64,000 bases of DNA from an uncultured Candidatus Rokubacteria bacterium. Lineage in GTDB: Bacteria; Methylomirabilota; Methylomirabilia; Rokubacteriales; CSP1-6. Positions 18,738-28,330 of the stretch are shown in pieces (positions within the stretch are counted from its first letter, which is position 1; every line of letters begins with the position of its first letter). Location: the NCBI GenBank assembly GCA_963762145.1, contig CAVXJS010000019.1, positions 224,001-288,000 on the forward strand, in the 5' to 3' direction. The notes beneath the pieces are model-generated. The model was not told the DNA's origin, did not search any database, and was given only the letters and a program-made list of their open reading frames with translations. A program made the translations under genes and the position numbers.

Positions 18738-19129
18738 GCCCTCCCGGGTCGCGCACCGGGGCCGGCCGCCTCCTGGCCGCGGCCGTCCTCGTGGCGGGTC
18801 TCGCGGGCGCGTGGGCGGGGGTGGCCCCGGCGGGAGAACGTCGAGCCGGCTCGGTGCTCGCGGTCGATCCGCAGGCGCGTACCCTGATCGTCGATGAGTT
18901 CGGCGCCAACGCCGAGCGGCGTGCCCTGCGGGTGCAGGTGCCGCGCGAGGCGGTGGTGCTGCTCTCGCAGCGAAATCTCGCGGGCCGCGACGTGAAGGAC
19001 AGCTTCAACGAGCGCTCGATCACCCTCGCCGATGTCCGGGTAGGCGACTTCGTCGTCATCGAGCTGACGAGCGACCCCGAGGTGGCGCGGGTGGTGATGG
19101 TCACCTTGCGGAGGGGTGCCGGCTCCTAG
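18734..19129 (+). CDS. Secreted hypothetical protein (small OB-fold-like)
   Basis: GTG overlaps the mlaC stop; signal peptide; G.V.AVD...TL.V and LADVRVGDFV. Confidence 0.6.
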   Translation: MSPPGSRTGAGRLLAAAVLVAGLAGAWAGVAPAGERRAGSVLAVDPQARTLIVDEFGANAERRALRVQVPREAVVLLSQRNLAGRDVKDSFNERSITLADVRVGDFVVIELTSDPEVARVVMVTLRRGAGS

Positions 19130-19148
19130 TGCGCCGGCAGGCCGCCTG

Positions 19149-21455
19149 ATGGCCGACGGGTGGGGAGGCCGATACCGCGGCCTTCGCCGGTGGACTCTTC
19201 TCGCGGGCATCTTGCTGGCCATCGTGGTGCTGGTCGGGGGAGGCCTCGCCATCTACGCGGCTCGGGCGCTCTCGCGGTTCGAGCGGGTGGAGGCGCGTCG
19301 CTCCACCGTGCTCTACGCCGCGCCGCCCGTGCTCCGGCCGGGTGTCAACGTGAACGCCCTCGACCTGGCCGGGATCCTCGGCCGCCAGGGCTACCGCGAG
19401 ACCCGCAACGCGGGAGCATCCGGACAGTTCTCCCGCTCGGACAGCGCGTGGGAGATCAACGTGGCCGGGGCGGCCCGGGTCAGGCTGACCGTATCGGGTG
19501 GGCGGGTCACCCATCTGCGGCAGGGCGACTCTGCGGTACAGAGCGTCGCGCTGCCCCCCGAGCTGCTGGCCAGCGCCGGCGCCGACATGGGAGAGAACAT
19601 CCGTCCGGTTCGCCTGCCCGACGTGCCCCAGGTCCTGCGCGACGCGGTCCTGGTCACCGAGGACGCGCGCTTCTATGAGCACGGCGGCGTGGACCCCCGC
19701 GGGATCGTGCGCGCGCTGTGGACCAATGTCCGGAAGGGGCGCGTCGCCGAGGGGGGCAGCACCATCACGCAGCAGCTCGTCAAGAGTCGGCTGCTCAACC
19801 CGGAGCGGACGCTGGCGCGCAAGATCAACGAGGCGCTCCTGTCGACCGTGCTCGAGTGGCGCTACGGCAAGGATCAGATCCTCGAGGCCTACCTCAACGA
19901 GATCTATCTGGGACAATCGGGGGGCTCGGCGGTGCGCGGCGTCGGCGCCGCCTCGCGAGCGTATTTCGGCAAGGAGGTCCATCAGCTCTCGCTGCCGGAG
20001 GCCGCGCTGCTCGCGGGAATGATCCGCGGACCCAACAACTACTCGCCGGTCGGCAATCCCGAGCGCGCGCGGGAGCGGCGCGACGTGGTCCTCACGCGCA
20101 TGCGCGACCTCGGCAAGATCTCGGAGGCCGACCTCCGCCGCGCCCGCAAAGAGCCGGTGCGCGCCCGCACCACCCCGGTGAACGGCCTGATGGCGCCGTA
20201 TTTCGTGGACTACGTCCGCGCCGAGCTCGAGCGGAACGCCGACATCGACCTGGCCGACCTGCACGGGGTGCGCGTCTATACCACGCTCGATCCGGTGCTG
20301 CAGCGGCTGGCCGAGGCCGCGGTGGTGAGGGGCATGGATCGTCTCGAGACGCTGCGCCCGCGGCTGCGGCGGCAAAACCCGGAGGAGCGCCTGCAGGTGG
20401 CGATGATCGTGCTCGACCCGGCCAGCGGTCAGGTTCGCGCGCTCGTCGGGGGCCGCGACTACCGGGCGAGCCAGTTCAACCGGGCCGTGCTCGCCCGACG
20501 GCAGCCGGGGAGCGCGTTCAAGCCGTTCGTGTACCTGGCCGCCCTCACGCCGCGGAAGGACGCGAGCCTCTTCACGGCCGCCACGCTGATCGAGGACGCG
20601 CCCATCACGGTCACGGTGGACGGCAAGCCGTGGACGCCCAAGAACTACGACGACCGCTACGAAGGCCCGGTCACCGTGCGCCGGGCCCTGGAAGGCTCGC
20701 TCAACACCGCGACCGTCCGCGTGGCCCAGGCGGTGGGCCTGCCCGTGGTCATCGACACCGCGCGGTCGATGGGCATGGAGGTCGATCTCAAGCCGGTGCC
20801 CGCGCTCTCCCTGGGCGTGTTCGAGATCACGCCGCTGGCGCTCGCGCGCGCGTACCTGCCGCTGGCCAACGGCGGGCTGGCGCCGACCGGTGGCGGGGTC
20901 GTGGAGACGGTCGCCGACGAGGGGGGGCGCGCCATCTGGAGCGCGCGTCGCGAGGCGCGTCCGGTGATCGGCGCACCCGAGGCCTTCCTGGTCACGTCGC
21001 TGCTGGAGGGCGTGGTCAACGTGGGCACCGCGGCCTCTGCGCGCGCGGCCGGGGTGCCCGGCGCGGTGGCCGGCAAGACCGGAACGACGAACGAAGGGCG
21101 GGATGCGTGGTTCGTCGGCTATGCGCCCAACCTGCTCGCGCTCGTCTGGGTGGGGTTCGACGACGGGACACCCGCCGGGCTATCCGGGTCGGAGGGCGCG
21201 CTGCCGATCTGGTCCGAGTTCATGCGGCAGGCCCTCGACATCTACCCGGGCGGCGCGTTTCCTGAGCCGTCCGGCATCACCCACGCGAAGGTGGACGTGA
21301 CCACCGGCCGTCGGGCCACCGCGTTCTGCCCCCTGGTGACGACCGAGGTATTTCTGGCCGGCAGCGAGCCCACGGCCTGCGAGGAGCATGGCGGGGCCGT
21401 CATGGAGCAGATCGAGCGCTGGTGGGATAAGGTCCGGGGCTGGTTCGGGAAGTAG
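19149..21455 (+). CDS. Class A penicillin-binding protein (PBP1A/1B)
   Basis: EDARFYEHGGVD, GGSTITQQL, YLNEIYLG; SAFK, SLN and KTG transpeptidase motifs. Confidence 0.95.
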   Translation: MADGWGGRYRGLRRWTLLAGILLAIVVLVGGGLAIYAARALSRFERVEARRSTVLYAAPPVLRPGVNVNALDLAGILGRQGYRETRNAGASGQFSRSDSAWEINVAGAARVRLTVSGGRVTHLRQGDSAVQSVALPPELLASAGADMGENIRPVRLPDVPQVLRDAVLVTEDARFYEHGGVDPRGIVRALWTNVRKGRVAEGGSTITQQLVKSRLLNPERTLARKINEALLSTVLEWRYGKDQILEAYLNEIYLGQSGGSAVRGVGAASRAYFGKEVHQLSLPEAALLAGMIRGPNNYSPVGNPERARERRDVVLTRMRDLGKISEADLRRARKEPVRARTTPVNGLMAPYFVDYVRAELERNADIDLADLHGVRVYTTLDPVLQRLAEAAVVRGMDRLETLRPRLRRQNPEERLQVAMIVLDPASGQVRALVGGRDYRASQFNRAVLARRQPGSAFKPFVYLAALTPRKDASLFTAATLIEDAPITVTVDGKPWTPKNYDDRYEGPVTVRRALEGSLNTATVRVAQAVGLPVVIDTARSMGMEVDLKPVPALSLGVFEITPLALARAYLPLANGGLAPTGGGVVETVADEGGRAIWSARREARPVIGAPEAFLVTSLLEGVVNVGTAASARAAGVPGAVAGKTGTTNEGRDAWFVGYAPNLLALVWVGFDDGTPAGLSGSEGALPIWSEFMRQALDIYPGGAFPEPSGITHAKVDVTTGRRATAFCPLVTTEVFLAGSEPTACEEHGGAVMEQIERWWDKVRGWFGK

Positions 21456-21474
21456 CGAGCCCGGCGTCGGCGGC

Positions 21475-21786
21475 CTAGACCGCGAGCAGGCGACCGAAGC
21501 GGCGCAGGCGGTCCTGGATGTCTCCCATGAAGAGGAAGGCCATGCCGTCGGAGTCCTGCCGCCAGACCAGCGCCGGCACGTTGAACGGCGACCCGTCGGG
21601 CGGCCGGAACCGGAGCTGAGCCGGCGTCCCGATGTCGATCCGTTCCTTGGGTCTCACCTTCGCGCCGCGGGCCGAGATGTCCATCGTCTGGAGGAGGAAG
21701 CGGCGCTTGCCGGCCTCCACGACGACGAGCCAGGAGACGTCGGTGCGCGGATGACGGCGGCGGTCGGCGTGCCTTGTGGTGACCAT
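21475..21786 (-). CDS. PilZ domain protein
   Basis: DRRRHPR (RxxxR) and DISARG (DxSxxG). Confidence 0.9.
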   Translation of the reverse strand: MVTTRHADRRRHPRTDVSWLVVVEAGKRRFLLQTMDISARGAKVRPKERIDIGTPAQLRFRPPDGSPFNVPALVWRQDSDGMAFLFMGDIQDRLRRFGRLLAV

Positions 21787-21799
21787 GCCCGGGGGTGCG

Positions 21800-21815
21800 A
21801 GCAACCTGCGTGCCT
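21800..21815 (-). promoter_or_regulatory. Sigma-54 promoter (PilZ gene)
   Basis: Minus strand reads AGGCACGCAGGTTGCT. Confidence 0.7.
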
Positions 21816-21832
21816 CGGCCGGACGCCCGTCA

Positions 21833-21845
21833 TATCAACCGGTTG
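21833..21845. promoter_or_regulatory. IHF-type site
   Basis: TATCAACCGGTTG matches WATCAANNNNTTR, just upstream of a sigma-54 promoter. Confidence 0.55.
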
Positions 21846-21934
21846 GACCCCGTCAACCCGTTGGCGGACCGTCAGATCCGTGTCGTGACGCTGACAGTGT
21901 TCGCCGGCTGCCAAAGCGTGTAGAGTCGGGGCCC

Positions 21935-23311
21935 ATGAGCCCGGCGACGGCCGAGGTGGTGATCTGCGGGGCCGGGATGGCCGGCATCGCCGCCGCGTAT
22001 CACCTGGCGGTGCGTCGCGGCATCGGCGGGGTCGTCCTGGTGGACGAGCGTCCGGCGCTGTCCCTGACCAGCGACAAGTCCGCCGAGTCCTACCGAAACT
22101 GGTGGCCGGGCCCGGGCGACTCGATGGTCGCGCTGATGAACCGCAGCATCGACCTCATGGAAGAGCTCGCCGCGGAGAGCGGCAACGTCTTCCTGATGAA
22201 CCGGCGGGGCTATCTCTTCGCCACCGCGCAGCCGGAGCAGATCGACCGCTACGTGCAGGCGGCCGAGGACGCGGCCGGCTTCGGCGCCGGCCCGGTCCGC
22301 ATGCATCGCTCGGCCGCGGACAGCTATCAGCCCGCGCCCGCCGTCGGCTACGAGAAGCAACCCATTGGCACCGACGTCATCACCGACCCGAGTCTGATTC
22401 GCCGTCATTTTCCGTACCTCGCACCGGACACGGTGGCGCTGCTGCACGCGCGGCGCTGCGGCTGGTTCAGCGGTCAGCAGCTCGGCATGTACATGCTCGA
22501 GCGGGCGCGGGACCGGGGGGTCCGGCTGATCGACGGACGCGTGGAGCGCGTGGAGACGGCGGGCGGCCGGGTGACCGGGGTGGTCGTGAGCGGGCGTGAC
22601 GGTAGGCGGACGATCGGGACGCCACGCTTCGTCAACGCGGCGGGGCCCTTCGTCAAGGATGTGGGCCGGCTGCTCGGCATCGAGCTGCCCGTGTTCTGCG
22701 AGCGGCACGCCAAGGTCGCCTTCCACGACACGCTGGGCGTGGTGCCGCGTCACGCGCCGATGATGATCTGGACGGACCCGGTGCGCCTGCCGTGGTCCGA
22801 GGACGAGCGCGCGGAGCTCGGAGAGGCCGAGGCCCTGCGGCATCTGCTGGAGGAGATGCCGGCCGGCGTGCACGGACGTCCCGAGGGCGGGGGAGACAGC
22901 CCGATCATGCTCGGGGTGTGGACCTACCATGCCGAGCCGATGGAGGCGCGCTTCCCGATCGAGTTCGATCCGGCTCACGCGGAGATCGTGCTCCGGGGTC
23001 TGACGCGGCCGCTGCCCGGGCTCGCCGCGTACCTGTCGCGCTTCCCGAAGTGCTTCGTGGACGGAGGCTATTACACCAAGACGCAGGAGAACCGCTTCCT
23101 GTCGTGCCCGCTCCCCCTCGAGGGCGCCTACCTCATCGGTGGCCTGTCGGGCTACGGGATGATGTCGTCGAACGGGGCCGCCGATCTCCTCGCGGACTAC
23201 ATCGCGGAGCGGCCGCTGCCCCGCTACGCTCCCGCCTTCCACCTGGACCGCTACCAGGATCCGGCCTACCAGAAGCTCCTGGACGACTGGGGCGACTCCG
23301 GGCAGCTCTGA
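21935..23311 (+). CDS. FAD-dependent oxidoreductase (DAO / sarcosine oxidase-like)
   Basis: VVICGAGMAG...VVLVDE, VNAAGPF, GLSGYGMM. Confidence 0.88.
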   Translation: MSPATAEVVICGAGMAGIAAAYHLAVRRGIGGVVLVDERPALSLTSDKSAESYRNWWPGPGDSMVALMNRSIDLMEELAAESGNVFLMNRRGYLFATAQPEQIDRYVQAAEDAAGFGAGPVRMHRSAADSYQPAPAVGYEKQPIGTDVITDPSLIRRHFPYLAPDTVALLHARRCGWFSGQQLGMYMLERARDRGVRLIDGRVERVETAGGRVTGVVVSGRDGRRTIGTPRFVNAAGPFVKDVGRLLGIELPVFCERHAKVAFHDTLGVVPRHAPMMIWTDPVRLPWSEDERAELGEAEALRHLLEEMPAGVHGRPEGGGDSPIMLGVWTYHAEPMEARFPIEFDPAHAEIVLRGLTRPLPGLAAYLSRFPKCFVDGGYYTKTQENRFLSCPLPLEGAYLIGGLSGYGMMSSNGAADLLADYIAERPLPRYAPAFHLDRYQDPAYQKLLDDWGDSGQL

Positions 23312-23387
23312 TCGGAGGGGGCCTCGGCGGCCCCCTCCGAGCCTCCCCCTGAAACGGGGGTGCGCCGGCGAAGCCGGCGCTCGAACG
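23312..23387. repeat. REP-like composite palindrome / bidirectional terminator between convergent genes
   Basis: TCGGAGGGGGCC-TCGGC-GGCCCCCTCCGA, then CCCCC-TGAAAC-GGGGG and GCGCCGGC-GAA-GCCGGCGC hairpins. Confidence 0.6.
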
Positions 23388-23431
23388 GAGACGGATCCTA
23401 CGAGCTTGGCGCTCTGGCGCGGAAGCTACAT

Positions 23432-24721
23432 CTACCAGTACTGCATGGCGTCGCGGAGGATGAGGTCGAGCTCGGCGGCGCCCACGTGGCGCGGGGCGCC
23501 CGCCAGGAGGCGCGGCTGACGTAGCGTGCCCTCGATCAGCGCGGGAAGATCGCGCTCGGTGTAGCCGATCGCGGTGAGGCCGTTCGGGATGCCGATGTCC
23601 CGCATGATCGAGAGGAGCGCCTGCGGCAGCGCCTCGCGCCGCCCGGCCTCGTCGAGATCGGCCACCGGCCATCCCAGTAGCTCGGCCGCGCGCAGATGGC
23701 GTTCGGGCGCGGTCGTGTAGGTGAAGCGGAAGGCGGCGGGCGCGGTGAGGATCACCGACATGCCATGCGGGACGAGCGGGTGGCGGGTTCGATAGCCGCT
23801 CGGGATGTAGTCACGCACGAGACCCGCGATCGGGTAGGCCACCGCGTGGGGGATGTGCACGCCCGCGTTGCCGAAGCCGACGCCCGCGTAGTTGGCCGCC
23901 AGCGCCAGGTGCAGGCGCGCGTCGACGTCGAGGCCGTTGAGCACGGCGCGCCGCAGGTAGCGAGCCGCGTATTCCATCGCCTTCTCGCACCAGATGTCGC
24001 TCGCGGGATTGGCGCCGATGTAGGCCGGCCGGTCGGGCGGGTGGTGCTTGGCGCGCGCGTTGTACGGGCGCGTGGTGTACGACTCGATGGCGTGGGTGAG
24101 GATGTCGGCTCCCGCCGCCGCGGTCACCTCGGGCGGGACGGTGAGCGTGTTCAGCGGATCCACCACGCCGAGCGCGGGCCGCAGCAGGCGGTGCGAGACG
24201 CCCGCTTTCACGTTCTGGTCCACGATGTGAGTCACCGCCACCGCGGTGGTCTCGCTGCCGGTGCCGGCGGTGGTGGGCACCGCGATCAAGGGGCGCACCG
24301 GGCCGGGTACCGCGATGCCCTTGCCGACCGGCTTGTTGATGTAGTCGAGCAGCGGCGCCGGGTAGCAGGTGAGGAGGTTGGCCGCCTTGCACGTGTCGAT
24401 GGTGCTGCCGCCGCCCACCGCGATCAGTCCGTCCCAGTCCTTGCTGCGCGCGTACTCGCCCGCCTCCTCCATGGAGCGATCGGTGGGCTCCACCTCTACG
24501 CCGTCCCAGACGTCGGCCTTCACGCCCTGTTCCTCGAGGAGCGCGCGCACGCGTTCGGCGAGGCCGAGCTCGGAGATGTGGCGGTCCGTGAAGATCAGCG
24601 CCTTGCGGATGCCCAGGCGCGTGGCGTCGAAGCCGATCTCGTCCATGGCGCCCAGCCCGAACTTGATCGGCGAGTTCTCCATCACGAATACGGTCTCGGT
24701 CGGCAGGGTCACGCCCTTCAT
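23432..24721 (-). CDS. Hydroxyacid-oxoacid transhydrogenase (iron-containing ADH family)
   Basis: GGGSTIDTCK, PTTAGTGSETT, GFGNAGVHIPH, VPHGMSV. Confidence 0.88.
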   Translation of the reverse strand: MKGVTLPTETVFVMENSPIKFGLGAMDEIGFDATRLGIRKALIFTDRHISELGLAERVRALLEEQGVKADVWDGVEVEPTDRSMEEAGEYARSKDWDGLIAVGGGSTIDTCKAANLLTCYPAPLLDYINKPVGKGIAVPGPVRPLIAVPTTAGTGSETTAVAVTHIVDQNVKAGVSHRLLRPALGVVDPLNTLTVPPEVTAAAGADILTHAIESYTTRPYNARAKHHPPDRPAYIGANPASDIWCEKAMEYAARYLRRAVLNGLDVDARLHLALAANYAGVGFGNAGVHIPHAVAYPIAGLVRDYIPSGYRTRHPLVPHGMSVILTAPAAFRFTYTTAPERHLRAAELLGWPVADLDEAGRREALPQALLSIMRDIGIPNGLTAIGYTERDLPALIEGTLRQPRLLAGAPRHVGAAELDLILRDAMQYW

Positions 24722-24852
24722 GCGGGCCTCCAGTGGGTGGCGGTGCGTGGGATGTCCGGCTGGTCCGAGATTATAGAATCGCGGGGCCGACTGCGATACC
24801 CTCGCGCATTGCGAGCCGCCGGCCGCTGGGTGCGGCCGCGCCGGACCCCGAG

Positions 24853-25878
24853 CTAGGAAGGGAGCGCGACGCGGGCGAGGAGCTTGACGTCGTCGAGCAG
24901 CGCCCCGGCTCCGCGGACGACGCAGGTCAGCGGGTCGTCGCTCACGCGGATCGGCAGGCCGGTCTGCTCGTGGAGCAGCAGGTCGAGCCCGCGGAGGAGC
25001 GCGCCGCCGCCGGACACCACGATACCCTTGTCCACGATGTCGGCGGCCAGCTCGGGCGGGATCTGCTCGAGGCACGTGTGCACCGCGCTCACGATCGCCA
25101 TGATCGGCTCGCGCAGCGCCTCGCGGATCTCCTCGCCGGTCACCAGGATGGTCTTGGGGATGCCGACGATCAGGTCGCGGCCCTTGACCTCCATGGTGAG
25201 GTGCTCGCCGTTGACCGGGTAGGCGGAGCCCAGCCGGAGCTTGATGTCCTCCGCGTGGCGCTCGCCGACGAGGAGGCTGTAGTTCTTGCGGATGTGCTGG
25301 ATGACCGCGGTGTTCATCTCGTCGCCCGCGATGCGGGCCGACTTGCAGTAGACGATTCCGGACAGGGACATCACCGCGACCTCGGTGGTGCCGCCGCCGA
25401 TATCCACGATCATGTTCGCGCCCGGCTCGGCCACCGGGAGGCCCGCGCCGAGGGCGGCCGCGATGGGCTCCTCGATCAGATAGGCCTCGCGGGCGCCCGC
25501 CTGCTTGGCCGACTGTCGCACGGCCCGCTTCTCGACCTGGGTGATCCCCGACGGCACCGTGACCACGACGCGCGGGTGCACGATGCTGCGCCGCTGGTGG
25601 GTCTTCTTGATGAAGTAGTGGAGCATCTTCTCGGTGGAGTCGAAGTCGGCGATGACCCCGTGACGGAGCGGTCGGATGACCGAGATGCTTCCCGGGGCGC
25701 GGCCGAGCATCGCCTTGGCCTCGTGGCCGGCGGCCAGGACGACACCGTCCTTCATGGCGACGATGGACGGCTCGTTGAGGACGATGCCCTGTCCTCTCAC
25801 GTAGACGAGGGTATTGGCGGTTCCCAGATCCACCGCCAGGTCGTCGGCCAGGAAGCTCATGAGGGATCTCAGAGGCAT
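24853..25878 (-). CDS. mreB: Rod shape-determining actin MreB (orphan paralogue)
   Basis: DLGTANT, NEPSIVA, IRPLRHGVIADF, EEPIAAA, VDIGGGTTEVA, GGGALL. Confidence 0.95.
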   Translation of the reverse strand: MPLRSLMSFLADDLAVDLGTANTLVYVRGQGIVLNEPSIVAMKDGVVLAAGHEAKAMLGRAPGSISVIRPLRHGVIADFDSTEKMLHYFIKKTHQRRSIVHPRVVVTVPSGITQVEKRAVRQSAKQAGAREAYLIEEPIAAALGAGLPVAEPGANMIVDIGGGTTEVAVMSLSGIVYCKSARIAGDEMNTAVIQHIRKNYSLLVGERHAEDIKLRLGSAYPVNGEHLTMEVKGRDLIVGIPKTILVTGEEIREALREPIMAIVSAVHTCLEQIPPELAADIVDKGIVVSGGGALLRGLDLLLHEQTGLPIRVSDDPLTCVVRGAGALLDDVKLLARVALPS

Positions 25879-25906
25879 GTCCGGTCCTTTCGGGACAGGG
25901 AGGGAA

Positions 25907-25922
25907 CGCAACGGATGTGCCA
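25907..25922 (-). promoter_or_regulatory. Sigma-54 promoter (mreB)
   Basis: Minus strand reads TGGCACATCCGTTGCG. Confidence 0.8.
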
Positions 25923-26122
25923 GTGGGAGCGGCAACCGGGACGACGCGAAGTGGTTGCCGGAGGGGCGTCTCCTACCATAGGCGGGGGTGAGCAAGCGCC
26001 TCGCTCCGGCGAAAGTGTCAGCATATGTAGGTTTTACATTACACCAATGTAATATTTACCCCGATTTCTGCCCCGGGAAAGGGCCTTGTCAGCCCCGGGA
26101 CCGCGTCGTAATCTTGGGCGCC

Positions 26123-26908
26123 ATGAAGGCCCCCCGGAAGCCGCCGGCGAAGATCGAAGGTCGCAAGCGAATGCAGCAAAGCGGACTCACGGTCGCCTGG
26201 CGGGGCACACGGAGTCGCAAGGACTGGGCGGCCTATCTCGAGAACGGGAGCGAGAAGGGGCGCCTCGTGCTCGCTGAGCAGGTGTCGGAGCGGGCCGTGA
26301 AGAGCCTGCTGGCGCGGATCCAGAGCCTGTCGCGTGACGTCCTCGAGGCCATGGGGCGCCCGGTCGAGGCGGTCGCCGCACAGGGTGGGGGGCCGCCGCC
26401 CGCTCGCCGGCCGCGCGGGAGTGACGAGGGGCGATCGAGCTCCGAGATCGTCGTGCAGGCGGTGCCGGGTCGCCAGCTTGCGCTGACCGGGGACACGGAG
26501 ACGGAGGCATCGGCCACCGCGAGCTCACGTCGCCGCCGGCTCCCGGCCAAGGTCGAGCGCAATCCCTCCGCCGAGCGTCGCCCGGCGCGGGTCTCCGCCC
26601 GCGACCTGGCGGGAACCGTGCGGCAGCTTCGCTCGCGGCTCGAGAGCCTGGAAGAGGAGCAGCATGAGCTTCGGGCCGAGCTGGCCCTGCTACGGGGCGA
26701 TGCCGAGGCCTACGAGGGGACGACGCCCAGCATCTTCGTCACGGGGTGGTTTCGCGCGGCCCTGGTCCTGATCGTGCTGGCGATCGTCGTGGTGATCAGC
26801 GTGCCCTGGCTGATGGAGGTCTTCGAAGGGGGTGCGCGAGAGTCACGTCCGCCGATTCGCGACGAAGCGCCGGTGACCTTGCCGGATCCGCCGCCGAGGA
26901 GCCGCTGA
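26123..26908 (+). CDS. Hypothetical protein with coiled coil and C-terminal TM helix
   Basis: ORF fills the gap; LRSRLESLEEEQHELRAEL followed by a hydrophobic helix. Confidence 0.65.
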   Translation: MKAPRKPPAKIEGRKRMQQSGLTVAWRGTRSRKDWAAYLENGSEKGRLVLAEQVSERAVKSLLARIQSLSRDVLEAMGRPVEAVAAQGGGPPPARRPRGSDEGRSSSEIVVQAVPGRQLALTGDTETEASATASSRRRRLPAKVERNPSAERRPARVSARDLAGTVRQLRSRLESLEEEQHELRAELALLRGDAEAYEGTTPSIFVTGWFRAALVLIVLAIVVVISVPWLMEVFEGGARESRPPIRDEAPVTLPDPPPRSR

Positions 26909-26910
26909 GC

Positions 26911-27237
26911 CTACTGCTCGGCGCAGCGCAACGCGACGCGGGCGTACTCGATTCCGCCAGGGTAATAGTAAATGGTCCCCGAATCGCCCTCCCGCTGGAA
27001 CGGCTCCCCCGACCAGCTGTCGTTGATCGCCTTGACCGTGATCAGGTGCCGATCGAGCGCCGCCTTGCACTCCTCGCCGGTGGCGTAGCGGCCGGCGATG
27101 ATCTGGTCGGTCGGGAGGGGCGGGACGCGGGCGAGCCAGCGGAGCATGATCGTGTCCAGCGGGTTGTCCTTGATGGTCACGGATAGGTCGGACCAGAGAA
27201 GCCAGACCAGACTCAGGGCCCCGACCCACTTTCTCAT
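26911..27237 (-). CDS. Small secreted hypothetical protein (two Cys)
   Basis: Hydrophobic N-terminus; preceded by TTGACA-N18-TAGAGT on the minus strand. Confidence 0.6.
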   Translation of the reverse strand: MRKWVGALSLVWLLWSDLSVTIKDNPLDTIMLRWLARVPPLPTDQIIAGRYATGEECKAALDRHLITVKAINDSWSGEPFQREGDSGTIYYYPGGIEYARVALRCAEQ

Positions 27238-27382
27238 GGCCAGACTCTAGGTCCCGACCTCCCTGGCTGTCAAGGTTAGGGGGCTCGGGAACCTACCGGG
27301 GGCTTCGTGCGTTGGGGCACAAGCTGGGTTCGCCGAGGCGGGCCCGAAACCCGGGCGAGAGGGGGTAGAATAGGGCCGGCAG

Positions 27383-27772
27383 ATGGAGACCATCCTGGTG
27401 GTGGACGACGAAGCGCAAGTGCGGACCCTGGCGCGTGACATCCTCCTGGGAGCCGGTTACCGAGTGCTCGAGGCCGAGGATGGTGAGCAGGCGCTTCGGC
27501 TCGCGGAGGATCACCAGGGCGCGATCCACGTCCTCCTGACCGACATCATGATGCCGGGTATCAACGGCAAGGAACTGGCGGACCGGTTCCTCATCGCGCG
27601 CCCGGACGCCAAGGCGATCTTCATGTCTGGCCGGGCCGCCGAGGTGATCAGCGACGCGGGGGTGCTCATCCCGGTGGACGCGTTCCTGGCCAAGCCCTTC
27701 ACGGTGGAGCGCCTGCTGAACAAGATCCGCGAGCGGCTCGAGTATCGCTCGCCCTTCTCCCGTCCCCGCTAG
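27383..27772 (+). CDS. Single-domain response regulator
   Basis: ILVVDDE, LLTDIMMPG, MSG, KPF. Confidence 0.92.
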   Translation: METILVVDDEAQVRTLARDILLGAGYRVLEAEDGEQALRLAEDHQGAIHVLLTDIMMPGINGKELADRFLIARPDAKAIFMSGRAAEVISDAGVLIPVDAFLAKPFTVERLLNKIRERLEYRSPFSRPR

Positions 27773-27805
27773 CCGTCCCGCGGGCGGCCCCGATCGACCT
27801 CCTCC

Positions 27806-28330
27806 TCAGCCGCTGTCCATCTGAGCGGGGCGCTTCACCCGGTCGCCCGGCCGGAGGTTCAGGATGGCCTCCGGGAATACCCGCGCCAGCCACCCCACCA
27901 CGTCGTTCACGGTCACGATGCCGATCGGGCGGTGATCACCGTCGACCAGGGGCACGGTGCGATACCCCGCACTGTGCATGCGGTTGATGGCGAAGCAGAT
28001 GCGGTCGCCGGGGTTGAGGGCCTCGGGATCGGCGGTCATCACCTCCGCCAGGCGTGTCCGGGCGAGATCGCGCCCCTGGCGGACCACGCGGGTGAGCAGA
28101 TCGCGCTCGGTGAAGATCCCCACGAGCCGGCCAGTCTGGTCGACGATCACCACGCCCGCCCGGTGGTTGTCCCCCATCCGTGTGACCGCCTCCGCGACCG
28201 AGGCTTCCGGGAGCATGCGGATCGGCTCGCTGGGCGCGAGCATGCGCACCTCGTCGCTCAGCAGGGCGTCCTGGAGCTTGCGGAACTCCGCGTCGAGGGA
28301 TTCGGAGTACTCGTCGTGGAACTCGCTCAT
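27806..28330 (-). CDS. CBS domain pair protein
   Basis: LVGIFTERDLL, VMTADP, PIGIVTVNDVV. Confidence 0.9.
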   Translation of the reverse strand: MSEFHDEYSESLDAEFRKLQDALLSDEVRMLAPSEPIRMLPEASVAEAVTRMGDNHRAGVVIVDQTGRLVGIFTERDLLTRVVRQGRDLARTRLAEVMTADPEALNPGDRICFAINRMHSAGYRTVPLVDGDHRPIGIVTVNDVVGWLARVFPEAILNLRPGDRVKRPAQMDSG

